This document shows positions 24,711-36,162 of a DNA stretch of 64,000 nt, one piece after another (within the stretch, counting starts at the first letter, position 1; the number at the start of each line of letters is the position of its first letter). Below the pieces are notes generated by a model, which ran no database searches, was not told the DNA's origin, and saw nothing but the letters and a program-made list of their open reading frames with translations. The DNA lies in contig OZ024745.1 of NCBI GenBank assembly GCA_964016885.1, forward strand, positions 79,422,001-79,486,000, in the 5' to 3' direction. This DNA comes from Eledone cirrhosa. Taxonomy: Eukaryota. The position numbers and the translations under genes were made by a program.

Positions 24711-27700
24711 TCAGATATTCAGGACGTATCGGAGGGTTCTTGCCGTTCCAAGCAAGCATGCCTTTTGAAGCGTTCCAAAAAGCGTGAAGGGGCCGATTTT
24801 CTTTAACCATCCCTGGAAACCTTTGGAGATAGTCCCCAGTGCGCCTATGACAATCGGGATCACTTTGACTTCATGGCAGTTCCAAATCCTTTTCACCTCC
24901 CACTTTAGGTCCTGGTATCGGTTAATTTTCTCCCTCTCCTTCTCTTGCACTCTCGTGTCGAACGGGCAGGCCACATCCACAATCAGGCACGATCTTTTTT
25001 CTTTGTCCACAACCACCAGGTCAGGTCTATTGTGTTCCAGTTTTTTGTCCGTCTGTATCCTAAAATCCCACAGCACCTTCACCTGACTGTTCTCCATCAC
25101 CGCCTCTGGCCTATGCTCATACCATTTCTCAGAATGTGGTAGATTGTTTACTTTGCACAGGTGCCAGTGGATCACCCTGCCCATCACATCGTGTCTCCAG
25201 CCCTTATAGTGGGTCTGGGCTAGGTGTTTACACTCGGACACAATGTGAGCCACAGTCTCCTCTCTCTCTCCACAGATCCTGCACAGTGGGCTAGCCTCCT
25301 CCTTGTAGATATGGTGCTTCAACCACTTCGTTTTGAGGGCCTGCTCCTGCGCAGCCATTAGCATTCCTTCTGTAGCCTTTTTGAGGTCTCCTCTTCTCAA
25401 CCAGTTCCATGTCTGTGGATCTCTAAATTCAGTTTTCTCAAAGAAGGTACTATGAAGGGATTTTCCCTTAAGGCTGCTCTTCCTCCTTGATGTTATTTCC
25501 TCCTTGGGTATCCCCTGGCCTACTGTCCCCTCCTTCAGTACAGCTCTGAGCATTGGCTCCTTACTATAGGTCACGTATTTGTATAGGTTGTTTTTCTCCA
25601 TCTGAACACAGTCCTCTATGCTGATAAGACCTCTTCCACCCTCAGATCTCCTTAGGTAGAGTCTATCGACATCACTCCTCTTGTGGAACATGTTGTAGAT
25701 AGTCAATAGCTTCCTAGTCTTCCTATCCATTTCTTTTTGTTCAGCAACATTCCATCTCAGAATTCCCGCACTGTACCTAATAATAGACACAGCTCGGGAA
25801 TTTACTGCGCTTATGGCATTTCTGCTGTTCAGATGTGACTTCAATACGCTCCTTACTCTCCGAATGTATTCAGTTCTTAACAATTCCTTCATTTTTTTGT
25901 TCTTTATGCCATCAGCCTCCAGAACGCCCAAATACTTGTATCCTTCCTCAGAGTCAATTTCCTTTATCATCTCACCTGTTGGTATCTGGATCCCGTTACT
26001 TCTGCTCAACCTACCCCTCCTCATCACAATGACTCCACATTTACCAATACCAAACTGCATACATATATCACTGCTGAAAATACGGACAGTGTCAACAAGC
26101 ACATCCAACTCCTTCTCACTTTTCCCGAAGAGCTTAAGATCGTCCATGAAGAGGAGGTGATTGATGGTAAGCTCTCCCCTTCCCAACTTGTATCCTGCTC
26201 TCACTTTTCGCAGCATAATGGTCAAGGGCATCAGGGCAAGGACAAACAACAGAGGGGACAGGCTATCTCCCTGGAAGATACCTCTCTTGATCTTCACGCT
26301 TCCCAAGGATACTCCAGTTGATGTCAACTCTGTCTCCCAGGACCCCATACTCCTGCCCAGCAACTGTCTGATGTTATCTGCCACCCTGAAGATCTCCAGG
26401 CTTTTGGTGATCCAGGAATGAGGCACCATGTCAAATGCCTTTCTGTAGTCTATCCATCCCATGGCAAGATCAGTGTGTCTCCTCCTGCAATTCCCCATTA
26501 CCATCTTATCAATAAGCAACTGGTCCTTTGTACCACGTGACTTCTTTCGGCATCCTTTCTGTTCGTCCGGCAACAAGTTGTTTGTGTGGAGGTGATGGTA
26601 GATTTCCTCAGACACAATGCTCGTCAACAGTTTCCACATTACGGGCAGACATGTGATAGGTCTATAGTTGGTAACATCATTACCCTTGATTCGGTCTTTC
26701 ATTATCAGACCTGTGGTACCTTTTGTCAACCACTCTGGCACCTCTCCCGACACCAAGCAGTCATTGAACATGGCCGTCAGCTTCGGGTGGAGGGATGTTA
26801 AATGTTTAATCCAATACCCCTGCACACCATCTGGGCCTGGTGATTTCCAGTTGGTTAGTTTTTTGGCTTGCCCCTTAAGAGTTTCAACTGTGATACTCAA
26901 ATCAGTCTGTTGCTGTGCCTGCTCACCGATCTCCCTCTGTACTGTCTCAATCCACCCTGCCTGGGCATTGTGTCTAACATCCTGCTCCCATATTCCTCTC
27001 CAGAATGTTTTAGCTTGTTCCGCCCCAGGGATCAAGTCGTTGCCTCTTTCTTTCCCCTCAAGCTGTCCAAACAGCATCTTCTGGTTGTTGTCGAACATGC
27101 GGTTCTGTTTATACTGACTGACTCTGTTCTCGTATCGCCTGATTTTGGCACTCTTTGCTACAATGCGTTGCTTCAATTCCTCTATGATAATATTTAGCTT
27201 TTTACTCCTAGTTTTGTATTTTATTTCCAGTCTATTTTTAGTGCCTATGTTTTTTAGTGTCCCATTCAGTAGTGACTCAAGCTTTCCTATGTCATTTCTC
27301 ATTTCCCCGATTTGCCCACTCAGTCGCTTCTTCCACCACGGCTCTGCTCTTTCTTGTCTGTTGTTCCCTCTCGCTTTTATACCAAGTAGTTTCCTCACCG
27401 TATTTGCTGTTGCTTTGAGGATATTGTTGCACTGGTGAAGACTCCTCGCCTCAAGGTATGGGATGACTTTGTTTACCTTAGCTGTTGTTTCTTTTAACTT
27501 TTTCCTGTCTACAAATCTTAGGTTCATAGGTCTCCCACTATCATTGTTCAACTCATCTACCACTAAATTTAGGATGTCAACCGAATCTTGTCCTAGCCCG
27601 TCAGCATTCATCTCCTCAGTGGCCGTATCTCTGTTCCAGGTATTATTTATCTCAGTATTCAGATCATTGTCTGCTTCGGGTGGTTCCTCCGTTCTCAGGA

Positions 27701-28103
27701 CCTCCTCACCTTCATTTCCCGCCGGCTCGCTTGTCTGGCATACTACACCCGCCATCTCCAAGCCATTCTCTCTGCTCAGTTCCTCCAGTTCCAGCTCGCT
27801 TATCCACCCATTAGTTCTTATTACCCGAGCCTGCCCGGCCAATTTTTGTTCATCTAATTTAAATAAACCAATCTCGTTCCAGATGTTATGCATCCGTCTC
27901 CTGTAGCCCCTCTCCTTGGGGTTACTTTTCAGGTAGCATTGCATAACAGTTCTATTCAATTCTTTCGTCCAGTTGGTTCTGGCCCCTTTCCTTCTTCTTC
28001 TTCCTCCAACATCAGCAGTATTTGGTTGACAGTCAGGTTCCTGCTGCTGAGCCAGGGGGCACCTGTTGGGTGAGAGTCTGTCACATGACGTTCTAGTCTC
28101 CAT
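24711..28103 (-). CDS. Intact 1130-aa reverse transcriptase + CCHC + restriction-like endonuclease (R4/Dong-like)
   Basis: KSPGPDG, YRPITCL, WIDYRKAFDMVPH, GIFQGDSLSPLLF, FMDD, YKYLG; CRICGEREETVAHIVSEC; RHD; RPDLVVVD...IVDVACP...KINRY. Confidence 0.93.
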   Translation of the reverse strand: METRTSCDRLSPNRCPLAQQQEPDCQPNTADVGGRRRRKGARTNWTKELNRTVMQCYLKSNPKERGYRRRMHNIWNEIGLFKLDEQKLAGQARVIRTNGWISELELEELSRENGLEMAGVVCQTSEPAGNEGEEVLRTEEPPEADNDLNTEINNTWNRDTATEEMNADGLGQDSVDILNLVVDELNNDSGRPMNLRFVDRKKLKETTAKVNKVIPYLEARSLHQCNNILKATANTVRKLLGIKARGNNRQERAEPWWKKRLSGQIGEMRNDIGKLESLLNGTLKNIGTKNRLEIKYKTRSKKLNIIIEELKQRIVAKSAKIRRYENRVSQYKQNRMFDNNQKMLFGQLEGKERGNDLIPGAEQAKTFWRGIWEQDVRHNAQAGWIETVQREIGEQAQQQTDLSITVETLKGQAKKLTNWKSPGPDGVQGYWIKHLTSLHPKLTAMFNDCLVSGEVPEWLTKGTTGLIMKDRIKGNDVTNYRPITCLPVMWKLLTSIVSEEIYHHLHTNNLLPDEQKGCRKKSRGTKDQLLIDKMVMGNCRRRHTDLAMGWIDYRKAFDMVPHSWITKSLEIFRVADNIRQLLGRSMGSWETELTSTGVSLGSVKIKRGIFQGDSLSPLLFVLALMPLTIMLRKVRAGYKLGRGELTINHLLFMDDLKLFGKSEKELDVLVDTVRIFSSDICMQFGIGKCGVIVMRRGRLSRSNGIQIPTGEMIKEIDSEEGYKYLGVLEADGIKNKKMKELLRTEYIRRVRSVLKSHLNSRNAISAVNSRAVSIIRYSAGILRWNVAEQKEMDRKTRKLLTIYNMFHKRSDVDRLYLRRSEGGRGLISIEDCVQMEKNNLYKYVTYSKEPMLRAVLKEGTVGQGIPKEEITSRRKSSLKGKSLHSTFFEKTEFRDPQTWNWLRRGDLKKATEGMLMAAQEQALKTKWLKHHIYKEEASPLCRICGEREETVAHIVSECKHLAQTHYKGWRHDVMGRVIHWHLCKVNNLPHSEKWYEHRPEAVMENSQVKVLWDFRIQTDKKLEHNRPDLVVVDKEKRSCLIVDVACPFDTRVQEKEREKINRYQDLKWEVKRIWNCHEVKVIPIVIGALGTISKGFQGWLKKIGPFTLFGTLQKACLLGTARTLRYVLNI

Positions 28104-28674
28104 TTCACCGTTATTCGAACTGTTTATGTTCGATATTTAAACACTCTTATCGAGGATTGGCGAATGTATGTTTACATAGCCATCTGTGGATCCGCCATCC
28201 CACTTGGCCCTTGTGTGGCATTATCACCACGCTGTATACGGACACACATAAACAAACAAACACACGGGCAGAAAGGGCCCCAAAAATGAATAAGCATAAG
28301 TTTCATTGTAATGTAGTATTCGAATGTCTGACTTAGTTTTTGTTTTTTAAGTTTTACTTTTTCCCCCCTCTTCTCTGTCCGTCCGCCTGCTTCTCTCTTC
28401 ATTCTTATTTTCTTTACGTTTTTGGGGTTTCTTTTTTTGTTTTTGTTTTTCTCTGTTTTTCTCGTTTTTTACTGTTGTTGCTGTGCTGCTTTTGTTGTTT
28501 GTTTTTTCTTTTTTCTTTTGAGTCTATCTATATATTTTGATGCCTTCCTCTTTGTTAGTAGTAGGAATTCTATAATGTGGAAGTGGTAGCCAGCAGAGAC
28601 TGGCGGCGCTGGCGATACTGAGACAGTGGTGGTGGTGATGTCGATACCGAGGCAGTGGTGGCGGTGATGCGACC

Positions 28675-29325
28675 GTATTACTGTAGTGATGGTGCTGTAG
28701 CGGTGGCAGCAGCAGTGAAGGAGTCAGGGGGTGGTGGCGGCGGTGATGGGATAGTGGTGGTAATGATGGCCGTAGTGAGCGGTGGCGGTGAAGGTGAAAA
28801 TGCTGTTGTGTTTAGTGTACACAGATGATGGGGTGGATGGTGTATCTAGTTTCTGGTGTTGGTGAGTTTCGCTGTCCTATATAGTGTAGCCAGAGGAGAG
28901 GAGGGGGGGGGGTTCTTCTTCTTCCATTTATAGCCATTTTTTTTTTTTTTTTTTTTTTGGATATACAGTGTACAATACAAAGTTGAATATTTGAATATTT
29001 GAGCCGTATTACTGTAGTGATGGTGCTGTAGCGGTGGCAGCAGCAGTGAAGGAGTCAAGGGGTGGTGGCGGCGGTGATGGGATAGTGGTGGTAATGATGG
29101 CCGTAGTGAGCGGTGGCGGTGAAGGTGAAAATGCTGTTGTGTTTAGTGTACACAGATGATGGGGTGGGTGGTGTATCTAGTTTCTGGTGTTGGTGAGTTT
29201 AGCTGTCCTATATAGTGTAGCCAGAGGAGAGGAGGGGGGGGGGGGTTCTTCTTCTTCCATTTATAGCCATTTTTTTTTGGATATACAGTGTACAATACAA
29301 AGTTGAATATTTGAATATTTGAGCC
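28675..29325. repeat. Near-perfect tandem duplication (28675-29005 and 29006-29325)
   Basis: Two ~325-bp copies differing mainly in homopolymer lengths. Confidence 0.92.
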
Positions 29326-29490
29326 TTATAACAATATATTTTGGATCCGAATTTTTTTGGGGCTCAAGCCGGGTGCTTTACGTAGCATTTGTACTAAGAG
29401 TTGTTATTTCACAAATGATTTAAATATGTTAAAAATTCAAAACTTACGGGAGCGATTTCATGACCTCCGTCACCTCGTGCGTCTTCTTCC

Positions 29491-29553
<63 letters not shown>

Positions 29554-29897
29554 GGAGGCACATGGCTTAGTGGTTAGAGCATTGGCCTTGCAATGGAAAG
29601 GTTGTGAGTTCAATTCTCAGACCGGGTGATGTGTTGTTTCCTTGAGCAAAACACTTTATTTCACATTGCTCCAGTTTTCTCAGCTGTAGAAATGAGATGA
29701 TAGGGACTGGGGTCCATATCATTCCACTGCAAAGTGGTCGTGGAGGTGCCACATCAAAAAAGCACCCAGCACTCACTGTAAATGAGGTTGGTGTTAGGAA
29801 GGGCATCCAGCTGTAGAAATCAAGCCAGAATCAGTTCCCGTCCCATCCTTGCAAGCAGGGAAAAGCGGACGTAAAATGATTATTATTATTATTATTA
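29554..29897 (+). mobile_element. tRNA-derived SINE with RTE-type 3' tail
   Basis: A-box TGGCTTAGTGG, B-box GAGTTCAATTC, CCTTGAGCAAAACAC core, tail GTTGGTGTTAGGAAGGGCATCCAGCTGTAGAAA shared with the RTE 3' UTR. Confidence 0.75.
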
Positions 29898-30111
29898 TAA
29901 TGCACTGGGTAATTGCTGGCCTTGTGTCGAAAATAGAAACAATTATTATTATAATAAATAAATAAATAAACAATAAAGAAATAATAATTATTATTATTCA
30001 GTAATGCACTGGGATAATTGCTGGCCTTGTGCCAAAAGTAGAAACAATTATATATATATATATATAGTGACGAAACATAAGTCAATTGCATGAACTCATA
30101 ATCCTTTATTT

Positions 30112-30169
30112 ACTGCTATATATATATTTCGATGTTAGCCATTGAATGGCTATGACCCCATCAGGCAGT
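30112..30169 (-). ncRNA. Type I hammerhead-like motif with A9G core change
   Basis: ACUGC-CUGAUGG-GGUCAUAGCCAU UCA AUGGCUAACAUC-GAAA-UAUAUAUAUA-GCAGU; stems I and II pair, stem III is palindromic. Confidence 0.65.
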
Positions 30170-30375
30170 TAGTCAGTTCTTAGATATGCCAGCTCTGTGT
30201 GTATAGTGTTGATGGTATCAGAGCCTTGGGACATATGAGCTTGTTAGGAATACTTTGATGTTGTCAGCAGGAATAGTCTTGATTCTCATTGGTCAGTTTG
30301 TAGATGGTAGTAGGTTGGTATTTGACCTCAAAGAGGCAGGTGGTTCTGTAAGGTTCAAACCATCAGGCAAGCTGA

Positions 30376-32295
30376 CATCATCATCATCATCATCATCAGG
30401 TTTAGCGTCCGTGTTCCACGCTTGCATGGGTTTGGACGGGGGTTTTCCCACTTGAGGCAAGAGTGGTTGTCTTGCTCGCATAGGACTGTCTGGCGGGTTT
30501 TCTACAGTTGGATGCCCTTCCTAACACCAACCACATTTACAGTGTGGGGCTGGGAGGTTTTTACCGTGTTGCCTACACGGCCACATTACAGCGTGGACTG
30601 TCTGGCGGGTTTTCTACAGCTGGATGCCCTTCCTAACACCAACCACATTTACAGTGTGGGGCTGGGAGGTTTTTACCGTGTTGCCTACACGGCCACATTT
30701 ACAGCGTGGACTGTGTGTTTTTTGTCGTGACACCTACACGATCTCATTTGTTTCGGCCTGGATGTTGTGGGACCAACATAACTTTACATTGAAAGGGGCG
30801 GTGTGGAGGGACGGGGGTGTGTTTTGATAGAGGTGCCTACTGACTGTAGTAGGTTTTTACTTTGTATTTAGGTAAGGCGGGTCTTCTCTATTACTGAGTA
30901 CCGCCAAAGGTCTCGGTCCAGTGACATTGTCTTGGAGAGGTGTAAGCGTGTGAGGTCGGAATTTATCAGCTCGTCCCATGTTTTTCTGGGTCTGCCTACT
31001 CCGTGGCTACCGTCTATCTTTATTGCCCTGCACTTTGTTATACAGCTGTCGTCTTTCATGCGCATCACGTGACCGTACCAACGTAGCCTTCTCTCGAGTA
31101 AACAACATCTGATCCCTCTTATTTCTAATTTTTTCCTTAGTTCGTTTATGCTTTGCCGTTCACGTATATTACTATTGCACATCCAGCGGAGCATGCAAGC
31201 TTCGTTCCTCTCTAGTCTGCGTATATCCTCTGCACACAATGCCCAGGTCTCACTGCCATGCAGCATTGCTGTTCGTATGCAGGCATCGTATAACCTGCCT
31301 TTCATTTTTAGGGAGAACCCTCTAGCGGCTAATAGTGGTATAAGCTCTCTGAACTTTTTCCATCCAGTTCTGACTCTAGCTACTGTACTTTCAGAGCACC
31401 CTCCCCCACTGCTGATTTTGTCACCCAGATAACGGAAGCTGTCCACTATTTCTATAGAACCCTCTGCGCAGTTGAAGGAGCTAGTATTTTGTGGGCACTT
31501 GCTGCTACTTATTGCACCAGAGCACCGGCCACATGTAAAATCTATGTTCTTAGTTAGCTTACCTGTGATCCCACTACATCTTTTATGCACCCATACTTTG
31601 CATTTGGGACATAAAATGGAGTTTCTACCTACGCCTTTCCTACACACTGAGCATGGCCATTTCCCCGATGGGACCGCCGCCTTATTTTCTTTCCTACAAA
31701 CTAGAACTTTAGTCTTAGCCAGGTTAATTTTAAGGCCTTTTGATTCTAGGCCGTGCTTCCACGTTTGGAATTTCTTCTCTAGTTCGGTCATTGATTCAGC
31801 TATGAGCGTTAGATCATCTGCGTATAGGAGTTCCCATGGGCAGCCGGTCTTGAACTCCTCTGTTATAGCCTGAAGGGCAATAATAAATAGTAGGGGGCTA
31901 AGTACAGAGCCCTGATGGACACCAACTTTTACGCTAAACTCTTCACTATATTCGTTGTTAATTCTAACCTTACTGACTGTTTCTTTATACATGGCTTGTA
32001 TAGCTCTCACAAGCCATTCGTCAACACCTAGTTTTCTAAGAGACCACCAGATAATGGAACGGGGGACTCTGTCGAAGGCTTTCTCCAAGTCGACAAAAGC
32101 TAAGTATAGGGGTTTACTTTTAGCTAGGTACTTCTCCTGTAGTTGTCGTACAATGAAAAGAGCGTCTGTGGTACTTTTGCCTGACACAAACCCGAACTGC
32201 ATTTCATCTAGATCAATTCTCTCTCTGATTAGTTGCGCTATTACTTTTTCCGTGACCTTCATGACCTGGTCGATTAATTTAATGCCTCTATAGTT
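30376..32295 (-). mobile_element. Young 5'-truncated RTE LINE; open 464-aa RT/C-terminal frame (30868-32262)
   Basis: Protein nearly identical to the 60848-63823 ORF; (GAT)n tail; ~112-bp tandem duplication in the 3' UTR (30483-30707). Confidence 0.93.
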
Positions 32296-32753
32296 CCATA
32301 TGACTGATTTTCACAAAAGGCATTTTTGGTCAGATATATTTTCAAATAAGGATAATAGTATGAAATAGATACTATAGGTCATTCTTAAATTGAGGAATTT
32401 ATGTGGAGTGGTGCTACTGAAAATTATGGTTGGAGTAGAAAGTTTACAAATAAAAAGGCTTATGTAGGTTGGCTTGCACTACACTCACACCCACCTCTAC
32501 ATCCACACATACAAAAAGTGGGGTGGTAATACTTAATATAATGGTTAGAGTCCAATACTTAGATAGTTTAGAAAATTTAGATATAAAAGGTTTATGCTGG
32601 TTCACTTGTACATACACTCACACCTACCCCCTCAAACACTCACACATCTACACACACAAATCCATACAGGTGTGTATATATATATATGCATGCATGCATG
32701 TACGCACAAGCATACACATATATATATATATATAAAATATATATATATACACA

Positions 32754-33161
32754 GAACATGCGACGGCTGGAGAGAAATGAGGCAAGCATGCTCCGTTGGA
32801 TGTGCAGTGTAAATGTGCGTGTACGACCCAGCATAAATGTGTTGAGAGAGAAACTGTGTCTGAGAGGGATAGAATGTAGTGTACGGGAGAGGAGACTGAG
32901 GTGGTATGGACATGTGATGCGCATGGAGGATGACCGATGGGTGAAGAAGTGCCAGGAATTGCCAGTTGAAGGAAGACGTGGTAGAGGTAGACCACGAAAA
33001 ACATGGGCGGAGGTGGTGAGAACAGACCTCAGATCATTGAAGCTCACGATGGAGATGACGAGGGACTGTGACGAGTGGAGAGATGCTGTGCTGAATAAGA
33101 CCCATCCCACCCTTGCAAGCAGGGAAAAGCGGACGTAAAATGATGATGATGATGATGATGA
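32754..33161 (+). mobile_element. 3' fragment of a second RTE subfamily
   Basis: [15 protein letters not shown]...[12 protein letters not shown]...GRGRPRKTW; very short 3' UTR and (GAT)n tail. Confidence 0.85.
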
Positions 33162-33400
33162 TACACATATATAAAATATATACATACAAAAATATAAAAA
33201 ATATACATATACATAGAATACACACACACACACAAAATATATACACACGTAAAACAAACATATATATATAAAAAAAATATACACACACATATATATATAT
33301 AAAAAAAATACACACACACATACACACATATATAAAATATATACATACAGATACGCACACATATATAAAATACGCATACATACACATATAAAATACACAA

Positions 33401-33850
33401 GACGATGTCACTGGACTTAGAGCTTTGGCGCTACACAGTAATAGAGAAAACCCGCCTTACCTAAGTACAAAGTGAAACCTACTACAGTCAGTAGACACCT
33501 CTAACAAAATACACCCCCGTCCCACTACCCACACCCCATCCACACCGCCCCTTTCACTGTAAAGTTATGTTGGTGTCACAACATCCAGCCCGAAACAAAT
33601 GAGGTCGTGTAGGTGTCACGACAAAAAACACACAGTCCACGCTGTAATGTGGCCATGTAGGTAACATGGTAAAAACCTCCCAGTTCCACACTGTAAATGT
33701 GGTTGGTGTTAGAAAGGGCATCCAGCTGTAGAAAACCCGCCAGACAGTCCTATGCGAGCAAGACAACCACTCTTGCCTCAAGTGGGAAAACTTCCGTCCA
33801 AACCCATGCAAGCGTGGAATATGGACGTTAAACGATGATGATGATGATGA
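33401..33850 (+). mobile_element. RTE 3' end / 3' UTR copy
   Basis: Colinear with 52725-53146; (GAT)n tail. Confidence 0.88.
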
Positions 33851-33894
33851 TATACACATAATACATATATACATATATACATATATATATAAAA

Positions 33895-34812
33895 TCAGGT
33901 TCAATAAAACATTGTTTAGATGACTCCTAACCAGTAGAGGATCCGGTGGACCATCCACCATAGGGACCGAAAACCATGGGTGGTTGTTGTTGTCCATTGG
34001 TCATTGATACGGAGTGTAGGGGACCTACCGTTTGGGCTTGTGGGAGGCCGTAACCGGGGTTTATCCATATAGCTTGAGGAAAATTCCCGTCCTTAGGTGT
34101 TTGCAGGCACCGAATAAGTCGGCCCTTCTGTTTAATAGCTTGGTTCCGCCATGAAGAATCTCGAGTGTCTCACTAAGACAGAGGTTGCAAATACCAGACC
34201 CACCTCTGTCTGGGGGAACCTTTCTAACCACGGACCAGACCAGAGAGTGCGGGGTCTTTTCAAGTTTGAGCTTCCAGATCAATTCAGAAAGGGCCGTACA
34301 TTTCCTCTTATCTATTCTGTTAAAGGAATGGCGATAGTTATACCACCGAGCTTTGAAGCTCGTCGCTGTGGATCCTATGTAGTGGTGTTCCAAGTTAGGG
34401 TTGTGACCTTGCACCTGTAGACCACGTTTTTGGTCATGCATTCATTACTAAGGGAGCATAGCGATGGGTCTCTGCAATTACATGACTTCTTAAGCCCCAC
34501 CACATGTACCGCATGGTTACCATCACTCGGGGTTGGCTGGGTAGCCTCCGCAATCAGCACAGGGTCGTTGGGTTCCGATGCATCCCGTGTGCTGGTTCTG
34601 TTGGGTGGCTCCGGGGTTTACGGTGGTATTAGAGGCAGTGAGCCTATTCCTATTTATGCCAGCTATGTGCTGGGCTACGGAGCGTGTGAGTAAGAAAGTT
34701 TCACTGTGTGCCTGTTGAATATTTTATGGTATTTATGGGCCCTAGGGAAACATATATCCAGTACTCTAAAGAATGTTCTAGCCAGGCTGGTATATAGACC
34801 CACCGAGTACAG
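33895..34812 (-). mobile_element. Penelope-like element fragment (GIY-YIG endonuclease, frameshifted), family 1
   Basis: KIFNRHTVKLSYS, CNCRDPSLCSLSNECMTKNVVYRC, YIGSTATSFKARWYNYRHSF, LSELIWKLK, CNLCLSE, LLNRRADL...CKH. Confidence 0.8.
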
Positions 34813-35870
34813 AGTATGGTCCGAAACTCAGCTGTTTCGGACCATACCAAAATCAACATACTGATTTTCGGATTTGGTACGGGTGATGAGAAACGTGTCC
34901 TGCATGTGCAACCCCAAAGAACTAGAGAGACACATACAACACTTCATCCACCGTATGCAGTTCTCTGGTTACAATCAGAGAGATAAAATCAGAGTATATA
35001 GAGGAGCCAGAACCAAATGGGAAAAAATAGGAAATAATGACGCAAATGGGACCTGCTCCTTGTATAGGAGCAAATTTTGGAATAGAATAGAAAGAACTAG
35101 GAATAAGGTTAATAGAATAAACTCATGGTATGATAGCAATAAATACCAGAGTGTAATGTTCATCGATACAACTCCTAGAGGTGAATTAGCTTACAAATTT
35201 AGAAGGGCCCTAGATAAACAGAAACTCAATATTAAGATAGTAGAAAGACCAGGTACCTCCTCAAAAACACTTATTAGCAATACATACCCTTTTCAAAGAC
35301 ATCCCTGTATAGATAAGAAATGTATAATCTGTAAATTAAGCCCCCATATTAACTGTAAAACTAGAAATGTAGTATATAGCATAAGATGTACTGAAGGACA
35401 ATGTAGAGATAAGAATATAGTGTACATAGGTGAGACAGCTCGTAGTATAGGGGAACGGATAAATGAACACTGGCAAGACCTTCAAGATAGTAAAGCATCA
35501 TCTGTACTCTACCAACATGCTAAAATAGAACATAAGGGTAAATTAGAGAACATATAAATAAAAATAGAATCTACACACAGAAAAGACGCAATGTTTAGAC
35601 AAATCACAGAGGCAATAAACATACATGAACTCCAACTAAAATTAAATAGAAAACATGAATGGAACAGCAACATCACAACTTACAATTAAGGACAAAATGA
35701 AAACACACACGCACATAGAACAAACAACCAACCAGTAACATGTAAATAAACAAATATAAACACACACAGACACCGGATGTAACACATGCGCAAACTAAGC
35801 ACACAACACAAACAAGATGGTTTAGGACAAAACAAAGGAGAGGCACAAAAAACAAAGAAAATAATCCCCA

Positions 35871-35913
35871 GTCACTGAAGAGGTCACAGAATGTGTGACG
35901 AAAGAACTTTGAC
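35871..35913 (+). ncRNA. Minimal type I hammerhead ribozyme in PLE pseudo-LTR
   Basis: GUCA-CUGAAGA-G-GUCACA GAAUG UGUGAC-GAAA-GAACUU-UGAC. Confidence 0.75.
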
Positions 35914-36119
35914 AATATATAAACAATCATCTGGTTGTGGAACCAACCAACCAATCGGAAATTTATAAATTTATTATAATAAATTGAAGTGAAAGCAACT
36001 GGTGCGTGTGTTTCACTCCAATTTATTATAAGTTGCTTTCACTCCAATTTATTATAAATTAAATTTATAAATTTCCGGTTGGTTGGTTGGTTCCATAACC
36101 GGACGGTTGTTCATATATT

Positions 36120-36162
36120 GTCAAAGTTCTTTCGTCACACATTCTGTGACCTCTTCAGTGAC
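36120..36162 (-). ncRNA. Minimal type I hammerhead ribozyme (inverted copy)
   Basis: Identical 43-nt motif on the minus strand. Confidence 0.75.

Larger units (their letters stand above)
24637..29493 (-). mobile_element. R4/Dong-clade non-LTR retrotransposon inserted in a (TAA)n tract; 5' boundary tentative
   Basis: Bounded by (ATT)n on both sides (24604-24636, 29494-29553); single long ORF with RT and RLE; 74-nt 3' UTR running into (TAA)n. Confidence 0.75.

Noticed and set aside
29554-29630. tRNA gene-like A/B boxes (also in other SINE heads)
   Set aside because: No complete cloverleaf; the sequence continues into SINE core and tail.
31148-32293. Antisense ORFs over RTE and Dong coding regions (also 24784-28073, 51071-52510, 60818-63633)
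   Set aside because: Shadow frames of transposon ORFs with no independent motifs.
32594-33411. Long ORFs rich in Y/I/C/V (also 2304-2928 and 10551-11157)
   Set aside because: Microsatellite-derived low-complexity translations.
33953-34004. SECIS-like hairpin (AUGA...AA...GA, minus strand) downstream of the PLE GIY-YIG ORF
   Set aside because: The 3' GA is out of register with the 5' UGA, helix II is short and mismatched, and no in-frame TGA at a conserved position was seen.
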